Source: an uncultured Clostridium sp.
GTDB taxonomy: Bacteria > Bacillota > Clostridia > Acetivibrionales > DSM-1351
Reading direction: 5' to 3'
Assembly (NCBI GenBank): GCA_964415835.1
Contig: CAYQCA010000005.1
Coordinates: forward strand, 1-49,627
DNA: 49,627 bases
This document shows, in pieces, positions 40,839 to 49,627 of the stretch. Under the pieces are notes generated by a model. The model was not told the origin of the DNA and made no database searches. It saw nothing but the letters and a program-made list of their open reading frames with translations. The translations under genes were made by a program, and so were the position numbers. Numbering within the stretch: position 1 is the stretch's first letter; every line of letters begins with the position of its first letter.

Positions 40839-43160
40839 TTACCAGGATCGCATATTATCTAGTTTCTGCAATATACTATTTGTCCATTGACCATAAACAA
40901 AGAATGATAGCAGTTTAGTTTCAGGATACATTGACCTTATATTGGAATATATATCGTGGTAAGCTGCATCAGTCCAATCAACGTCAAAAGTGGGTATTAC
41001 GGTTTTAGATCCAACTTCTGTTTTAGCATCTGCTATACAGTTGTTGTATACCCAACTTGTAGTGAATCCCCAGTCATCATAGTAAGCCATTGGTGAAATG
41101 GAATCTATTGAGCTTGCGAACTTGGAGGCATCCTGTGCAACCTCTACAAATTCAAGAGGAAGTACGTATACTCCCAGCTCAATATTTGGTTTTATTGCTT
41201 TTACATCGCTTTTTACTGCAGCAAAATAGTCGGCAAGTTTTGTTGTTCTCCAATCCTGCCACTGCCTTCTTTGAGTATTATCAGTAGTAAAATTAATAGT
41301 TAAGGGGTCATAGCCATATGCCGACTGGAAGGCTGACCTTGAATAGCTGCTAACATCCATATTATAGTCATCAAACCTTATCCAGTCCAGAACTATTCCG
41401 TCAACGTCATAATTGGTGACAACTTCGCTTATGATAGAGCTCTCGTAAGCTTGAACAGCAGGGATTAAAGGACTTACAAAGTATTCACTGTTCGAGCCTG
41501 TATATGGTACTGCTTGGCCATTAACTGCTGACATCATCTGCCAATTAGCATTTTGATCTATTGCCGCCTTATCGTGAAACTGTGGTATCCATGCCTTAAC
41601 CTTAATCCCTCTGCTATGGGCTTCATTTATAACGGAAGCAAGTGCATCAAAGGAGCTGTAGCCACTTGCCTTTGGTGCGATTGCACTATTATAGAAGACA
41701 TACCCTGAAGGAATAGTCTCATCCTCATCCTCTTTTACAAGTAGTGATATTACAGATACATGATTGGTTGCAGCCATATTCATAAAATTGACTACATCTG
41801 TGTTGCTTTGGAAATTCTCTGGTGTCCTTATAATTATCTCAGTCTGAAATGAATTATCCGGTGTACCACCTGATAAAGTACCAAATACCTGAACATTAGA
41901 AAGGCTTGCCCAGTCACTTGTACCACTGCCCGTAAGAGTTATTCTTATATATCTTGCAGTAGCTGTGAAGCTGTCATTTTGCGTACCGGAGTAATTAGTA
42001 GAAGTCTTATCTGTTTTTGTAGTAAAAGCAGACCCATCCGTTGATACCTCGATTTTGTACTTGAATGTAGATGCTGTTGGGGCAAGAGATATTGTTGTAC
42101 CAGTAATATCATAATTGCTGCCCAAATCAACCTTCCACCACTGTGGGTATGAAGCGCTGGAGGCACACCATCTTGACGAGGTATCACTATCATTTGCCTT
42201 ACTTGCCTCATAACCGCTTGTGACAGTGCTCGCAGAAGCTGATTTGCCCTGTGCTACATTGGTGCCGCCACCAGTGCTGCCAGTGTATACTTTAACGTCT
42301 GACAGGCTTGCCCAGTCACCTGTCCCACTGCCTGTAAAAGTTATTCTTATGTATCTTGCTGTTGCTGTAAAGCTGTCATTCTGTGTACCTGTGTAATTAG
42401 TTGAAGTCTTATCTGTTTTTGTAGTAAAAGTAGACCCATCCGTTGATACTTCGATTTTGTACTTAAATGTAGACCCTGCTGGGGCAAGAGTAATTGTTGT
42501 GCCAGTGATATCATAATTGCTGCCCAAATCAACCTTCCACCACTGTGGGTATGAAGCGCTGGAGGCACACCATCTTGACGAGGTATCACTATCATTTGCC
42601 TTACTTGCCTCATAACCGCTTGTGACAGTGCTCGCAGAAGCTGATTTGCCCTGTGCTACATTGGTGCCGCCACCAGTGCTGCCAGTGTATACTTTAACGT
42701 CTGACAGGCTTGCCCAGTCACCTGTCCCACTGCCTGTAAAAGTTATTCTTATGTATCTTGCTGTTGCTGTAAAGCTGTCATTCTGTGTACCTGTGTAATT
42801 AGTTGAAGTCTTATCTGTTTTTGTAGTAAAAGTAGACCCATCCGTTGATACTTCGATTTTGTACTTAAATGAAGCTCCTGATGTTGCCAAAGTTATCGAT
42901 GTGCTTGTGATGCTGTAGTTCTGTCCAAGATCAATTCTCAACCACTGTGGGTATGAAGCGCTGGTTGCACACCATCTTGAAGCGGTGTCACCATCATTTG
43001 CTTTTCCTGCCTCGTATCCACTTAATGCTGAGCTGGCTGTTGCTGCTTTGCCCTGTGCCACATTGGTATCTGCAAAAACGTCGGTATTAACTGTGGCCAA
43101 TGACATAATTACCATAATAACCACTAGTACCAAGGACAATTTCTTCGATGCATTTTTCAT
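40839..43160 (-). CDS. Secreted protein: 3x F5/8 type C (CBM32) + GHL10/DUF187-like glycoside hydrolase
   Basis: Signal peptide (VFA-D); three NVAQGK..AS...D....RW...W..DLG...ARYIRI modules; C-terminal EAHSRGIKVKAW, NYDVDGIVLDWIRF; start set to ATG 43160 behind AGGAGG. Confidence 0.85.
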   Translation of the reverse strand: MKNASKKLSLVLVVIMVIMSLATVNTDVFADTNVAQGKAATASSALSGYEAGKANDGDTASRWCATSASYPQWLRIDLGQNYSITSTSITLATSGASFKYKIEVSTDGSTFTTKTDKTSTNYTGTQNDSFTATARYIRITFTGSGTGDWASLSDVKVYTGSTGGGTNVAQGKSASASTVTSGYEASKANDSDTSSRWCASSASYPQWWKVDLGSNYDITGTTITLAPAGSTFKYKIEVSTDGSTFTTKTDKTSTNYTGTQNDSFTATARYIRITFTGSGTGDWASLSDVKVYTGSTGGGTNVAQGKSASASTVTSGYEASKANDSDTSSRWCASSASYPQWWKVDLGSNYDITGTTISLAPTASTFKYKIEVSTDGSAFTTKTDKTSTNYSGTQNDSFTATARYIRITLTGSGTSDWASLSNVQVFGTLSGGTPDNSFQTEIIIRTPENFQSNTDVVNFMNMAATNHVSVISLLVKEDEDETIPSGYVFYNSAIAPKASGYSSFDALASVINEAHSRGIKVKAWIPQFHDKAAIDQNANWQMMSAVNGQAVPYTGSNSEYFVSPLIPAVQAYESSIISEVVTNYDVDGIVLDWIRFDDYNMDVSSYSRSAFQSAYGYDPLTINFTTDNTQRRQWQDWRTTKLADYFAAVKSDVKAIKPNIELGVYVLPLEFVEVAQDASKFASSIDSISPMAYYDDWGFTTSWVYNNCIADAKTEVGSKTVIPTFDVDWTDAAYHDIYSNIRSMYPETKLLSFFVYGQWTNSILQKLDNMRSW
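42106..42871. repeat. Perfect 364-bp direct repeat (42106-42469 = 42508-42871), period 402 bp
   Basis: Base-by-base comparison by eye found no mismatch within the stated bounds; mismatches flank both ends. Confidence 0.88.
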
Positions 43161-43210
43161 TTTAACTCTTCCTCCTATAATTTTTTTGTGGAATCTATAC
43201 CACAATTTAT

Positions 43211-43276
43211 ATTGTAAATTCAAAAAATAATTTAAAATACATCACTAATCAATGATATGTATATATGAACAATGAA
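43211..43276 (-). promoter_or_regulatory. Promoter of the 3xCBM32-GHL10 gene with the same direct-repeat operator
   Basis: TACAAT at 43211-43216; CAATGAT(43250) and CAATGAA(43270) 20 bp apart. Confidence 0.6.
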
Positions 43277-43394
43277 TTTGTGAATATCAAACATAAGATA
43301 AAAATTCGTAGTCATATAAATATGAATAGTTATAGATAGCTATCTTGAACTATTCAACAAAAAAGTTAAATTATAACAATCAAAGGAGGTTAAT

Positions 43395-44924
43395 ATGATT
43401 AAAGGAAAAAGACTCATTTCCATCATTACCTTAATGGCTCTGCTTATGGTAACATGCATGGTCAGTACTAGCGTAGTTGGAGCGAGTAATCCCAACCTTG
43501 CACTGAATAAAACTGCGTATTCATCTTCTAATGAAACTCGTAGCTTTCCTGCCAGTTTTGCTTTCGACGGCAACCTGGCAACAAGATGGTCGTCTGGTAC
43601 AGGTGACCCGCAGTGGATTTACGTTGACCTTGGAGCGAATTACAGTATCAGTTATGTAAGACTTTTCTGGGAAAGTGCTTACGCAACAGCATACACAATT
43701 CAGGTTTCCAACGACAAAACCAATTGGGCAGACGTATATTCCACAACAACCGGTGACGGCGGAATCGATGAGATTTCATTTTCAGCTGCAAATGCAAGAT
43801 ATGTTAGAATGTACGGTACAGCAAGGGGAACTCAATGGTCATACTCGCTATGGGAAATGGAAGTGTACCAAAATACCTATGTTCCTACTCCACCACCGAC
43901 ATCAGGAACTCCTTTAAAAACAGAAGTTATAGTCAGAACCGTTGAAAACTTCAAATCCCACACTGATGTGGTAAAATTTATGGATTCAGCCAAAAAATAC
44001 AATGTTTCAATTGTTGCAGTTGCAGTAAAACAAGATGAGGATGAAGTAGTTCCTTCCGGTACGGTTTTCTATAACAGCACTATTGCGACAAAGGCGGCAG
44101 GCTATGAAACATACGATGCGCTTGCTGATGTTATAACCGAAGCTCATGCGAGAGGAATTGCAATAAAAGCCTGGATTCCGCAGTTTCATGATCAGGTAGC
44201 CGCATTAAAAAACCCTGCATGGCAGATGAAGGCATTGGTTAATGGCAAAGTAGTACCGTATATGGGCAGCAATGGAGAGTATTTCGTAAGTCCATTAGAT
44301 CCAAATGTTCAAAACTATGAGCGTTCAATAATTAAGGAAATAGTAACAAATTATGATGTGGACGGTGTAATCCTTGACTGGATAAGATTTGATAATTGGA
44401 ATATGGATTTAGGTGATTATGCAAGATCTCAGTTCCAGACTGCTTACGGTTACGACCCTGCAACAATAAGGTTCACAAAGGATAGTACTCAGCGGCAGCA
44501 GTGGCAAGCCTGGAGAACAGCCAAACTTGGAGAATACTTTGCAGCGGTCAGAAGCGATATAAATTCGATCAAGCCAGGGCTTCATCTGGGAGCATATGTA
44601 CTGCCGCCCGAGTTTGTTGAATGCGGACAGGATCCTGCAATGTTTGCAGCTTCGATAGACGCAATTTCACCAATGGCTTACTATGATGACTGGGGATATG
44701 CTCAGAGTTGGGTATACAATACCCTAATACCGCAAGTAAAGGCAAAAGCAAGTACCAAAGAAATTATTCCCACATTTGATACTGACTGGAGCGATGCAGC
44801 TTATCAGGACATTCAAGGCAATATAAGGACAAAGTTCCCTGACATAACGACTTTATCATTTTTCGTTTATGCAAACTGGTCAGAAGTGGATATGTATAAG
44901 ATAGACTTGAGACGTTATTGGTAA
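43395..44924 (+). CDS. Secreted protein: 1x CBM32 + GHL10/DUF187-like glycoside hydrolase (paralogue)
   Basis: AAGGAGG RBS, signal peptide, NLALNK..DGNLATRWSS..WIYVDLG..ARYVRM, Pro/Thr linker, EAHARGIAIKAWIPQFHD, NYDVDGVILDWIRFD. Confidence 0.87.
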   Translation: MIKGKRLISIITLMALLMVTCMVSTSVVGASNPNLALNKTAYSSSNETRSFPASFAFDGNLATRWSSGTGDPQWIYVDLGANYSISYVRLFWESAYATAYTIQVSNDKTNWADVYSTTTGDGGIDEISFSAANARYVRMYGTARGTQWSYSLWEMEVYQNTYVPTPPPTSGTPLKTEVIVRTVENFKSHTDVVKFMDSAKKYNVSIVAVAVKQDEDEVVPSGTVFYNSTIATKAAGYETYDALADVITEAHARGIAIKAWIPQFHDQVAALKNPAWQMKALVNGKVVPYMGSNGEYFVSPLDPNVQNYERSIIKEIVTNYDVDGVILDWIRFDNWNMDLGDYARSQFQTAYGYDPATIRFTKDSTQRQQWQAWRTAKLGEYFAAVRSDINSIKPGLHLGAYVLPPEFVECGQDPAMFAASIDAISPMAYYDDWGYAQSWVYNTLIPQVKAKASTKEIIPTFDTDWSDAAYQDIQGNIRTKFPDITTLSFFVYANWSEVDMYKIDLRRYW

Positions 44925-44938
44925 TAGGCTGGTTTTGT

Positions 44939-45004
44939 AATAATCCTGAAGAACCGGAAGATTTATATTATATCAGTATAAATCACCGGAACTTCAGGAT
45001 TATT
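44939..45004. terminator. Long interrupted hairpin between convergent genes
   Basis: AATAATCCTGAAG-aa-CCGG-aa-GATTTATA...TATAAATC-a-CCGG-aa-CTTCAGGATTATT. Confidence 0.65.
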
Positions 45005-45025
45005 GTTTTATGGGGTCAGCAATTT

Positions 45026-48000
45026 CTAGTTATTTGTCAAGTTGTAAATTACAGCAGCTGCATGAGCTCTTGTTGTTAGTGACTTCGGATCCATTGTACT
45101 TCCACTTCCACTGACAATACCTCTTGATACCAGATTTGAAATACTCTGGCGAGCATAGTCTGAAATTTTATCTACATCCTGATATTTTGCAAGAACATCA
45201 GTATTAGCGTTTTCTACCGTCCCTTCTTTAACCTTGAGAGCATTATTAACAAGAACCATCATATCTTGTCGTGAAAGAATGTTGTCGCAATCGAAGCGAT
45301 TATTTCCGGTACCACTTGTTATACCAAGCTTCTTTGCTACTCCTATTTCATGATAGTATGGATTGTTTTTATTAACGTCTGCAAAATTACTTGAGAAGGA
45401 TGCATCTAGACCTAGTCCTTTTACTAAATAAGATATAAATTCAGCTCTTGTAATATTTTTTTGTGGCTCAACACTTTCTCCGTATGCTTCCATTATGCCC
45501 TTAGAAATGAGCACCTCAAATTGTTTCTTCGCCCAAGTATAATAACTCAGATCATCAAAGGATTTGTGTACTAAGGTTACAGCATACTTACTGAAATGTG
45601 AGGTTTTAAACGAAAGCATGCCGGTCTTTTTATCATATTTGCTGCTGGTAATCGGTTGTACTTCTCCCTTATCGTCAATGTACCATGCAATAATAAAATC
45701 AGCCTGGTTTTTCTCTTTCTCTGACAAAGTGTATGGAATATTTACTAAAACCTGAGCATCACTATTATTCCATTTAATATCCTTGCCATCTATCTGTACA
45801 TTAAGTTCAATAACCGGCCTGTTTCCTATAACTGCTTTCTTTTCAACAGAAAGATAATCTATATTTGCCTTTCCAATGCTTAATGTAACATCATTAGCAG
45901 CTGAACTGCTTAGATTTGATAGCATACCGGTTGGTATCCGTAAGCTGCCAAACTCAGTATTTAAAGTAACTTGTTTGTCTTTCTCCTTAAATACTTGTTC
46001 AGGAAGCTTAATATTATACTTTTGAGCATTCTCTGCTTTTGGTATATCAATTGTTACTTTGTCAAATTTGGCAAGGGTATTTACCAATATGTCTTTTTCT
46101 ATTTCCACAGATGCAATATTCTTGTCAACTGTAGGCATAACAGCAGTAATTCTATCATTTTCTACTGTTGATCCTGTATTCGGGCTTGGAACATAAGTGT
46201 CTGATCCACCCGGTGTTTCGCCAGTTTCCGCATTATTATCAACAGTCACCGCACCACTATCCGGTAAAATATTATAATAAACATATTTTCCAAGTTCATC
46301 ATTTGTAGTCGTAAATGCTATTGCATTTCCATTCTGTACAACTCTAATATTATTCCAGCTGCTATCTACCTTGGTCTTGAGAGTAAGCTCTTGATTATAT
46401 AGACTATTGTCTAAGGTATCTGCTAATGTAATTGTATATCCATCCCCACTTGAAACAGTTGTAATACTTGAAGAATTACGTTCCTTCATATATTTACTGA
46501 TGTTAGCCATGGTATCTGCCCAAACTGTATCCTTGTTCTCTGCAACATAAGCATATAAGCCTTCATAAGTTGCTAGAGGAGGCGCTCCCCATCCCTCGTA
46601 GTCACATCCATGTCCTACGGTAATTAGCCATGTACCCTTTTGTATGGCGGTATCAAGCCATTCCTTAGCTTCCTGTGCTGTTGTATCATGATCTGCTCCA
46701 GCATTAGGCTTGTCAAAAAAAGTTTTACTGTACAGGCTGTAATAATTTGTACCGTCAGGTGAATTTCCGTCGTACTCGTCTCCACCAGTCCTCCCTGCTA
46801 TAAATACCTTTTCAGCTATCGCATTTATTTCATCGTTGGTATCATAGTGAGGGTAAATTATTGTATCACATGGCACCCCTAATTCTTCTTCCAATCTTGC
46901 TTTAGAATCAGCGAAGTCCTTTTCAAGTGCAGCTTCTCCTTCTTCCTCAAGAAATGTAGCTACATCACGCCCCTGGTAATTTCCAGATGTCCCTGACATG
47001 GCATGATTCATCATATGGCTGGAAACCTCAAATACACCTGATTTTAACAGTTCTCTGAAATCATCCCAAGATCCCATTGAAACAGGACCGTAATATCCAT
47101 CATCCGGATGTTTTTTTTCATCTATGAAGGTTGGTGCTAATGCAATTGTAGCAGGAATACCATACTTCAGATGTAGGGTCTCAAACTTTTTAAGTGAGTT
47201 AATTATTCCATCATCATATGTTGCAGTAAAAGCAGCAGTTTTATTATTTTTCCATGGCGTTATCTCACTTTCTCCAATAGCAGATAAGGAACCTACTATT
47301 TGAAGCTTTAGAGGGATAGAGTCTGTTGCTTCAAGCTCATTCACACACTTACCCGCAATAACTGCTGTTAAATTAACTGTACGGGTAATCATGCTCTTTG
47401 CAGACCCATTCAGTTTAATTTGTATTTTATTTGCATCAAGCCTTGTCACTTCATAAGTAAAACCTTCGGGTAAGTTGTCAAACAAAATACTGTTTTCAGG
47501 AAGCTCATCTCTTAATGTTGCATTTGTGAGTTCAAGCTCAAAAACCTCTCCATCAAGTATCTTTTTATGATCACTGGCTACTTTTACGATTCCTTTTGTA
47601 ACGTTGCCTTTCACTTTACCGAGGGAATCATAGCTTCCTCTTTCTCCTATAGAAATGCTAATATCCCCATTACCAGGTATAGCATTGTACGTTATCCACT
47701 TCTTACCGTCCTTTACAAATGGTATAAGTATATCACTATTTTCACCATTACCCTGCTTTACAGTTGCTGATACCCAATCATTTGGTACAGCTGTATTCAA
47801 TGTTAATTCTTGAACAAATATTGCGCTACCTGTGGTATTTGTCTGACTAGTCATTTCTTCAGGCAGGCTCAGGCTAATTGTACCACTGTCATCTGTATAG
47901 TCAGGATGAACTGTGAAAGTGGCATTATCTCTTTCTTTCATGTATTTAACAATATTAGCCAAGGAATCAACCCATAACTGGTCGCTCTTTGATTGAACAT

Positions 48001-49627
48001 ATGCAAAGTTATTTTCATACCAGCTTAGTGGCGTAGGTAACCACCAATCAGTATAATCTGCACTAGGTGCCCAAAGGTCAGTATACATATCGATAAATGT
48101 AGGATACTCTTCGGTAGGAGTAAATGGGTATTCTTTTTCATCAAAAACTCCCCTACCCTCAATTGATAATAAACTGTTGTTTTTGATTGCTTCATCAACA
48201 GCTGTATTCAAATCAGCTGCTGAATCCCCAGCTCCCCAGCCCATATAAGGATACAATACATACCCACCAAGCTTGTAGTAATCATTAGTATCCCAAGCAT
48301 TGTATGGACTGAAACCGTCCCCTGCCATAGTAGCTAAAAAGTTATTTTTCATGATGTTAGTTAAATCATCATTATTATTTGTGAAATAATCATTACCTGC
48401 CATTACCTCACAAGGATATCCTGTATTAGTTTCAATTGTTGTCTTACTATCAGCGATAATTGCTGAAGCAGTTGTAGAACTCATTCCTTCTGACCATGAC
48501 CCATCTCTTTCAACAAAATGGGTTCTAAAGCCAGGTCCAAAATAACCTAACTGCAAAGCACCACTTTGTGCAAGTGCTTTATACTCATCCCAGCTTGCCA
48601 TTTCAGATGAATCTTGACCATCTTCATCTACATCCGAACCTACATTTGCTGAATTTATGTATGCAGTACCTTTAATTCCGTATTGCTCCATAAGTGGCTT
48701 GATAAGATTTAATGATTTTTCAAATCCACCTGCAAAACCGACTGTATATGCTGCGTCTTTATTATTAAGCCATTTACTTACTGTTGTTTCGAATGGTTTA
48801 GTGCCATATACAGCAAACTCGGTAAATGAATAGCCCCATTCTGTGCCTCTTTTTATTCCATCAAATCTTACATATCTCGCCTTTCCACTGACAGAAACAA
48901 CTGCATCTTCATCTGTCCCTTCATCTGTATAATAAACCTCCTCATAATTCTCACCATCAATTGAAGTTAACAGTTTATACTCAGATGCACTTGCATCCCA
49001 TGATATTACAACCTTCTTAATATTGCAAACTTCACCCAAATCTACAGTAAATGAGACTGGTTTCTTAGCGCCCTCCGGATAGTTCGGGTCGACTGGTTCT
49101 TTTTGGCAGTCCTCTCCTTCAAGACTATCCCATCTGGTACTATAATCACCGTCTACAGCCATGCTGGATGCAAACTCCCCAGTATCCCCAGTTTCCGCAG
49201 GATCATCATGATATACTTCTGATGCTGTGGTTTGTTTGTTCAAAGCCAGATTTTCAAGGAAGGAATAGTCATCAATAATATCATCTCTTACGTAAGCGTT
49301 CTCATCTATTATCAGATTATAGCCCCATGTAGTGCTCGGTAAAGCTAATAACCCCAAAAGAGCTGAACGCATTTGTGAGAAATAGTATATATGTCCCGTT
49401 TCATTTGGATGTACAGAGTCACTAAATAATGATTTAAATAAATTGAGGTTATTAGCTTTTAGATTATTCCACTTAGTGTAACAGTCAATAACCGGTAAAT
49501 TCTTTTCCACAGCTATATCCATTATCTTGCTTTCAATGTCTGGTAGCTTTTCAAAGGTTACAGTCCCGTGGTTTGCATTATCCTGAACATCATTCTGTGT
49601 AACCAGAATCACTTCTGATCCAGCTGT
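45026..49627 (-). CDS. 5'-partial SLH-anchored multidomain carbohydrate esterase: SGNH + CBM32 + 2x polysaccharide deacetylase-like + 3x SLH
   Basis: The frame stays open to the window edge; DSVHPNETGH (SGNH block V); NLALNK..DGDYSTRW..VDLG..ARYVRF; TYDDG/SSHMMNH; three C-terminal SLH repeats (ITRAEF, LSRQDM, TTRAHA). Confidence 0.85.
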   Translation of the reverse strand, partial: TAGSEVILVTQNDVQDNANHGTVTFEKLPDIESKIMDIAVEKNLPVIDCYTKWNNLKANNLNLFKSLFSDSVHPNETGHIYYFSQMRSALLGLLALPSTTWGYNLIIDENAYVRDDIIDDYSFLENLALNKQTTASEVYHDDPAETGDTGEFASSMAVDGDYSTRWDSLEGEDCQKEPVDPNYPEGAKKPVSFTVDLGEVCNIKKVVISWDASASEYKLLTSIDGENYEEVYYTDEGTDEDAVVSVSGKARYVRFDGIKRGTEWGYSFTEFAVYGTKPFETTVSKWLNNKDAAYTVGFAGGFEKSLNLIKPLMEQYGIKGTAYINSANVGSDVDEDGQDSSEMASWDEYKALAQSGALQLGYFGPGFRTHFVERDGSWSEGMSSTTASAIIADSKTTIETNTGYPCEVMAGNDYFTNNNDDLTNIMKNNFLATMAGDGFSPYNAWDTNDYYKLGGYVLYPYMGWGAGDSAADLNTAVDEAIKNNSLLSIEGRGVFDEKEYPFTPTEEYPTFIDMYTDLWAPSADYTDWWLPTPLSWYENNFAYVQSKSDQLWVDSLANIVKYMKERDNATFTVHPDYTDDSGTISLSLPEEMTSQTNTTGSAIFVQELTLNTAVPNDWVSATVKQGNGENSDILIPFVKDGKKWITYNAIPGNGDISISIGERGSYDSLGKVKGNVTKGIVKVASDHKKILDGEVFELELTNATLRDELPENSILFDNLPEGFTYEVTRLDANKIQIKLNGSAKSMITRTVNLTAVIAGKCVNELEATDSIPLKLQIVGSLSAIGESEITPWKNNKTAAFTATYDDGIINSLKKFETLHLKYGIPATIALAPTFIDEKKHPDDGYYGPVSMGSWDDFRELLKSGVFEVSSHMMNHAMSGTSGNYQGRDVATFLEEEGEAALEKDFADSKARLEEELGVPCDTIIYPHYDTNDEINAIAEKVFIAGRTGGDEYDGNSPDGTNYYSLYSKTFFDKPNAGADHDTTAQEAKEWLDTAIQKGTWLITVGHGCDYEGWGAPPLATYEGLYAYVAENKDTVWADTMANISKYMKERNSSSITTVSSGDGYTITLADTLDNSLYNQELTLKTKVDSSWNNIRVVQNGNAIAFTTTNDELGKYVYYNILPDSGAVTVDNNAETGETPGGSDTYVPSPNTGSTVENDRITAVMPTVDKNIASVEIEKDILVNTLAKFDKVTIDIPKAENAQKYNIKLPEQVFKEKDKQVTLNTEFGSLRIPTGMLSNLSSSAANDVTLSIGKANIDYLSVEKKAVIGNRPVIELNVQIDGKDIKWNNSDAQVLVNIPYTLSEKEKNQADFIIAWYIDDKGEVQPITSSKYDKKTGMLSFKTSHFSKYAVTLVHKSFDDLSYYTWAKKQFEVLISKGIMEAYGESVEPQKNITRAEFISYLVKGLGLDASFSSNFADVNKNNPYYHEIGVAKKLGITSGTGNNRFDCDNILSRQDMMVLVNNALKVKEGTVENANTDVLAKYQDVDKISDYARQSISNLVSRGIVSGSGSTMDPKSLTTRAHAAAVIYNLTNN

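Noticed and set aside
41945-42613. Two near-identical 88-aa minus-strand ORFs
   Set aside because: Alternative-frame by-products of the 402-bp CBM32 repeat
29080-49627. Accessory locus as a mobile element
   Set aside because: No integrase, transposase, att repeat or terminal inverted repeat is visible in the window

Overview
Chromosomal window from a low-GC Firmicute; gene content, T-box, PurBoxes and SLH protein suggest a clostridium such as Ruminiclostridium or Acetivibrio (inference). Positions 1-29 kb are mostly housekeeping: tRNA-Pro(CGG), a plsC-like acyltransferase, a PilZ protein, dinB, infC-rpmI-rplT with an L20 leader, thyA-folA, a GT2 + GT-C glycosylation pair, thrS with a T-box, an FAH protein, comEA, a D,D-carboxypeptidase, an acyl-CoA ligase, ABC-F, MATE, nadD-yqeK-lytR_C-rsfS, a Phd/RelE module with a truncated toxin, and purE-F-M-N-H-D. 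Positions 29.1-49.6 kb form an accessory amino-sugar glycan utilisation locus. It holds a YesM/YesN-type two-component system, a sugar ABC importer, a divergent GH20 + GH4 + BadF-type kinase operon, two head-to-head secreted CBM32-GHL10 paralogues, and a 5'-truncated SLH-anchored protein (SGNH esterase, CBM32, one degenerate and one intact deacetylase domain). The best new signals are a shared 20-bp-period operator at identical spacing in two promoters of that locus, a perfect 364-bp duplication that made a chimeric CBM32, an unannotated 49-aa membrane ORF, an inverted heptamer-repeat element, and an inverted tRNA T-arm copy. No CRISPR array, transposase, integrase or phage genes were seen. 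All family assignments come from motif recognition by eye, with no database searches.
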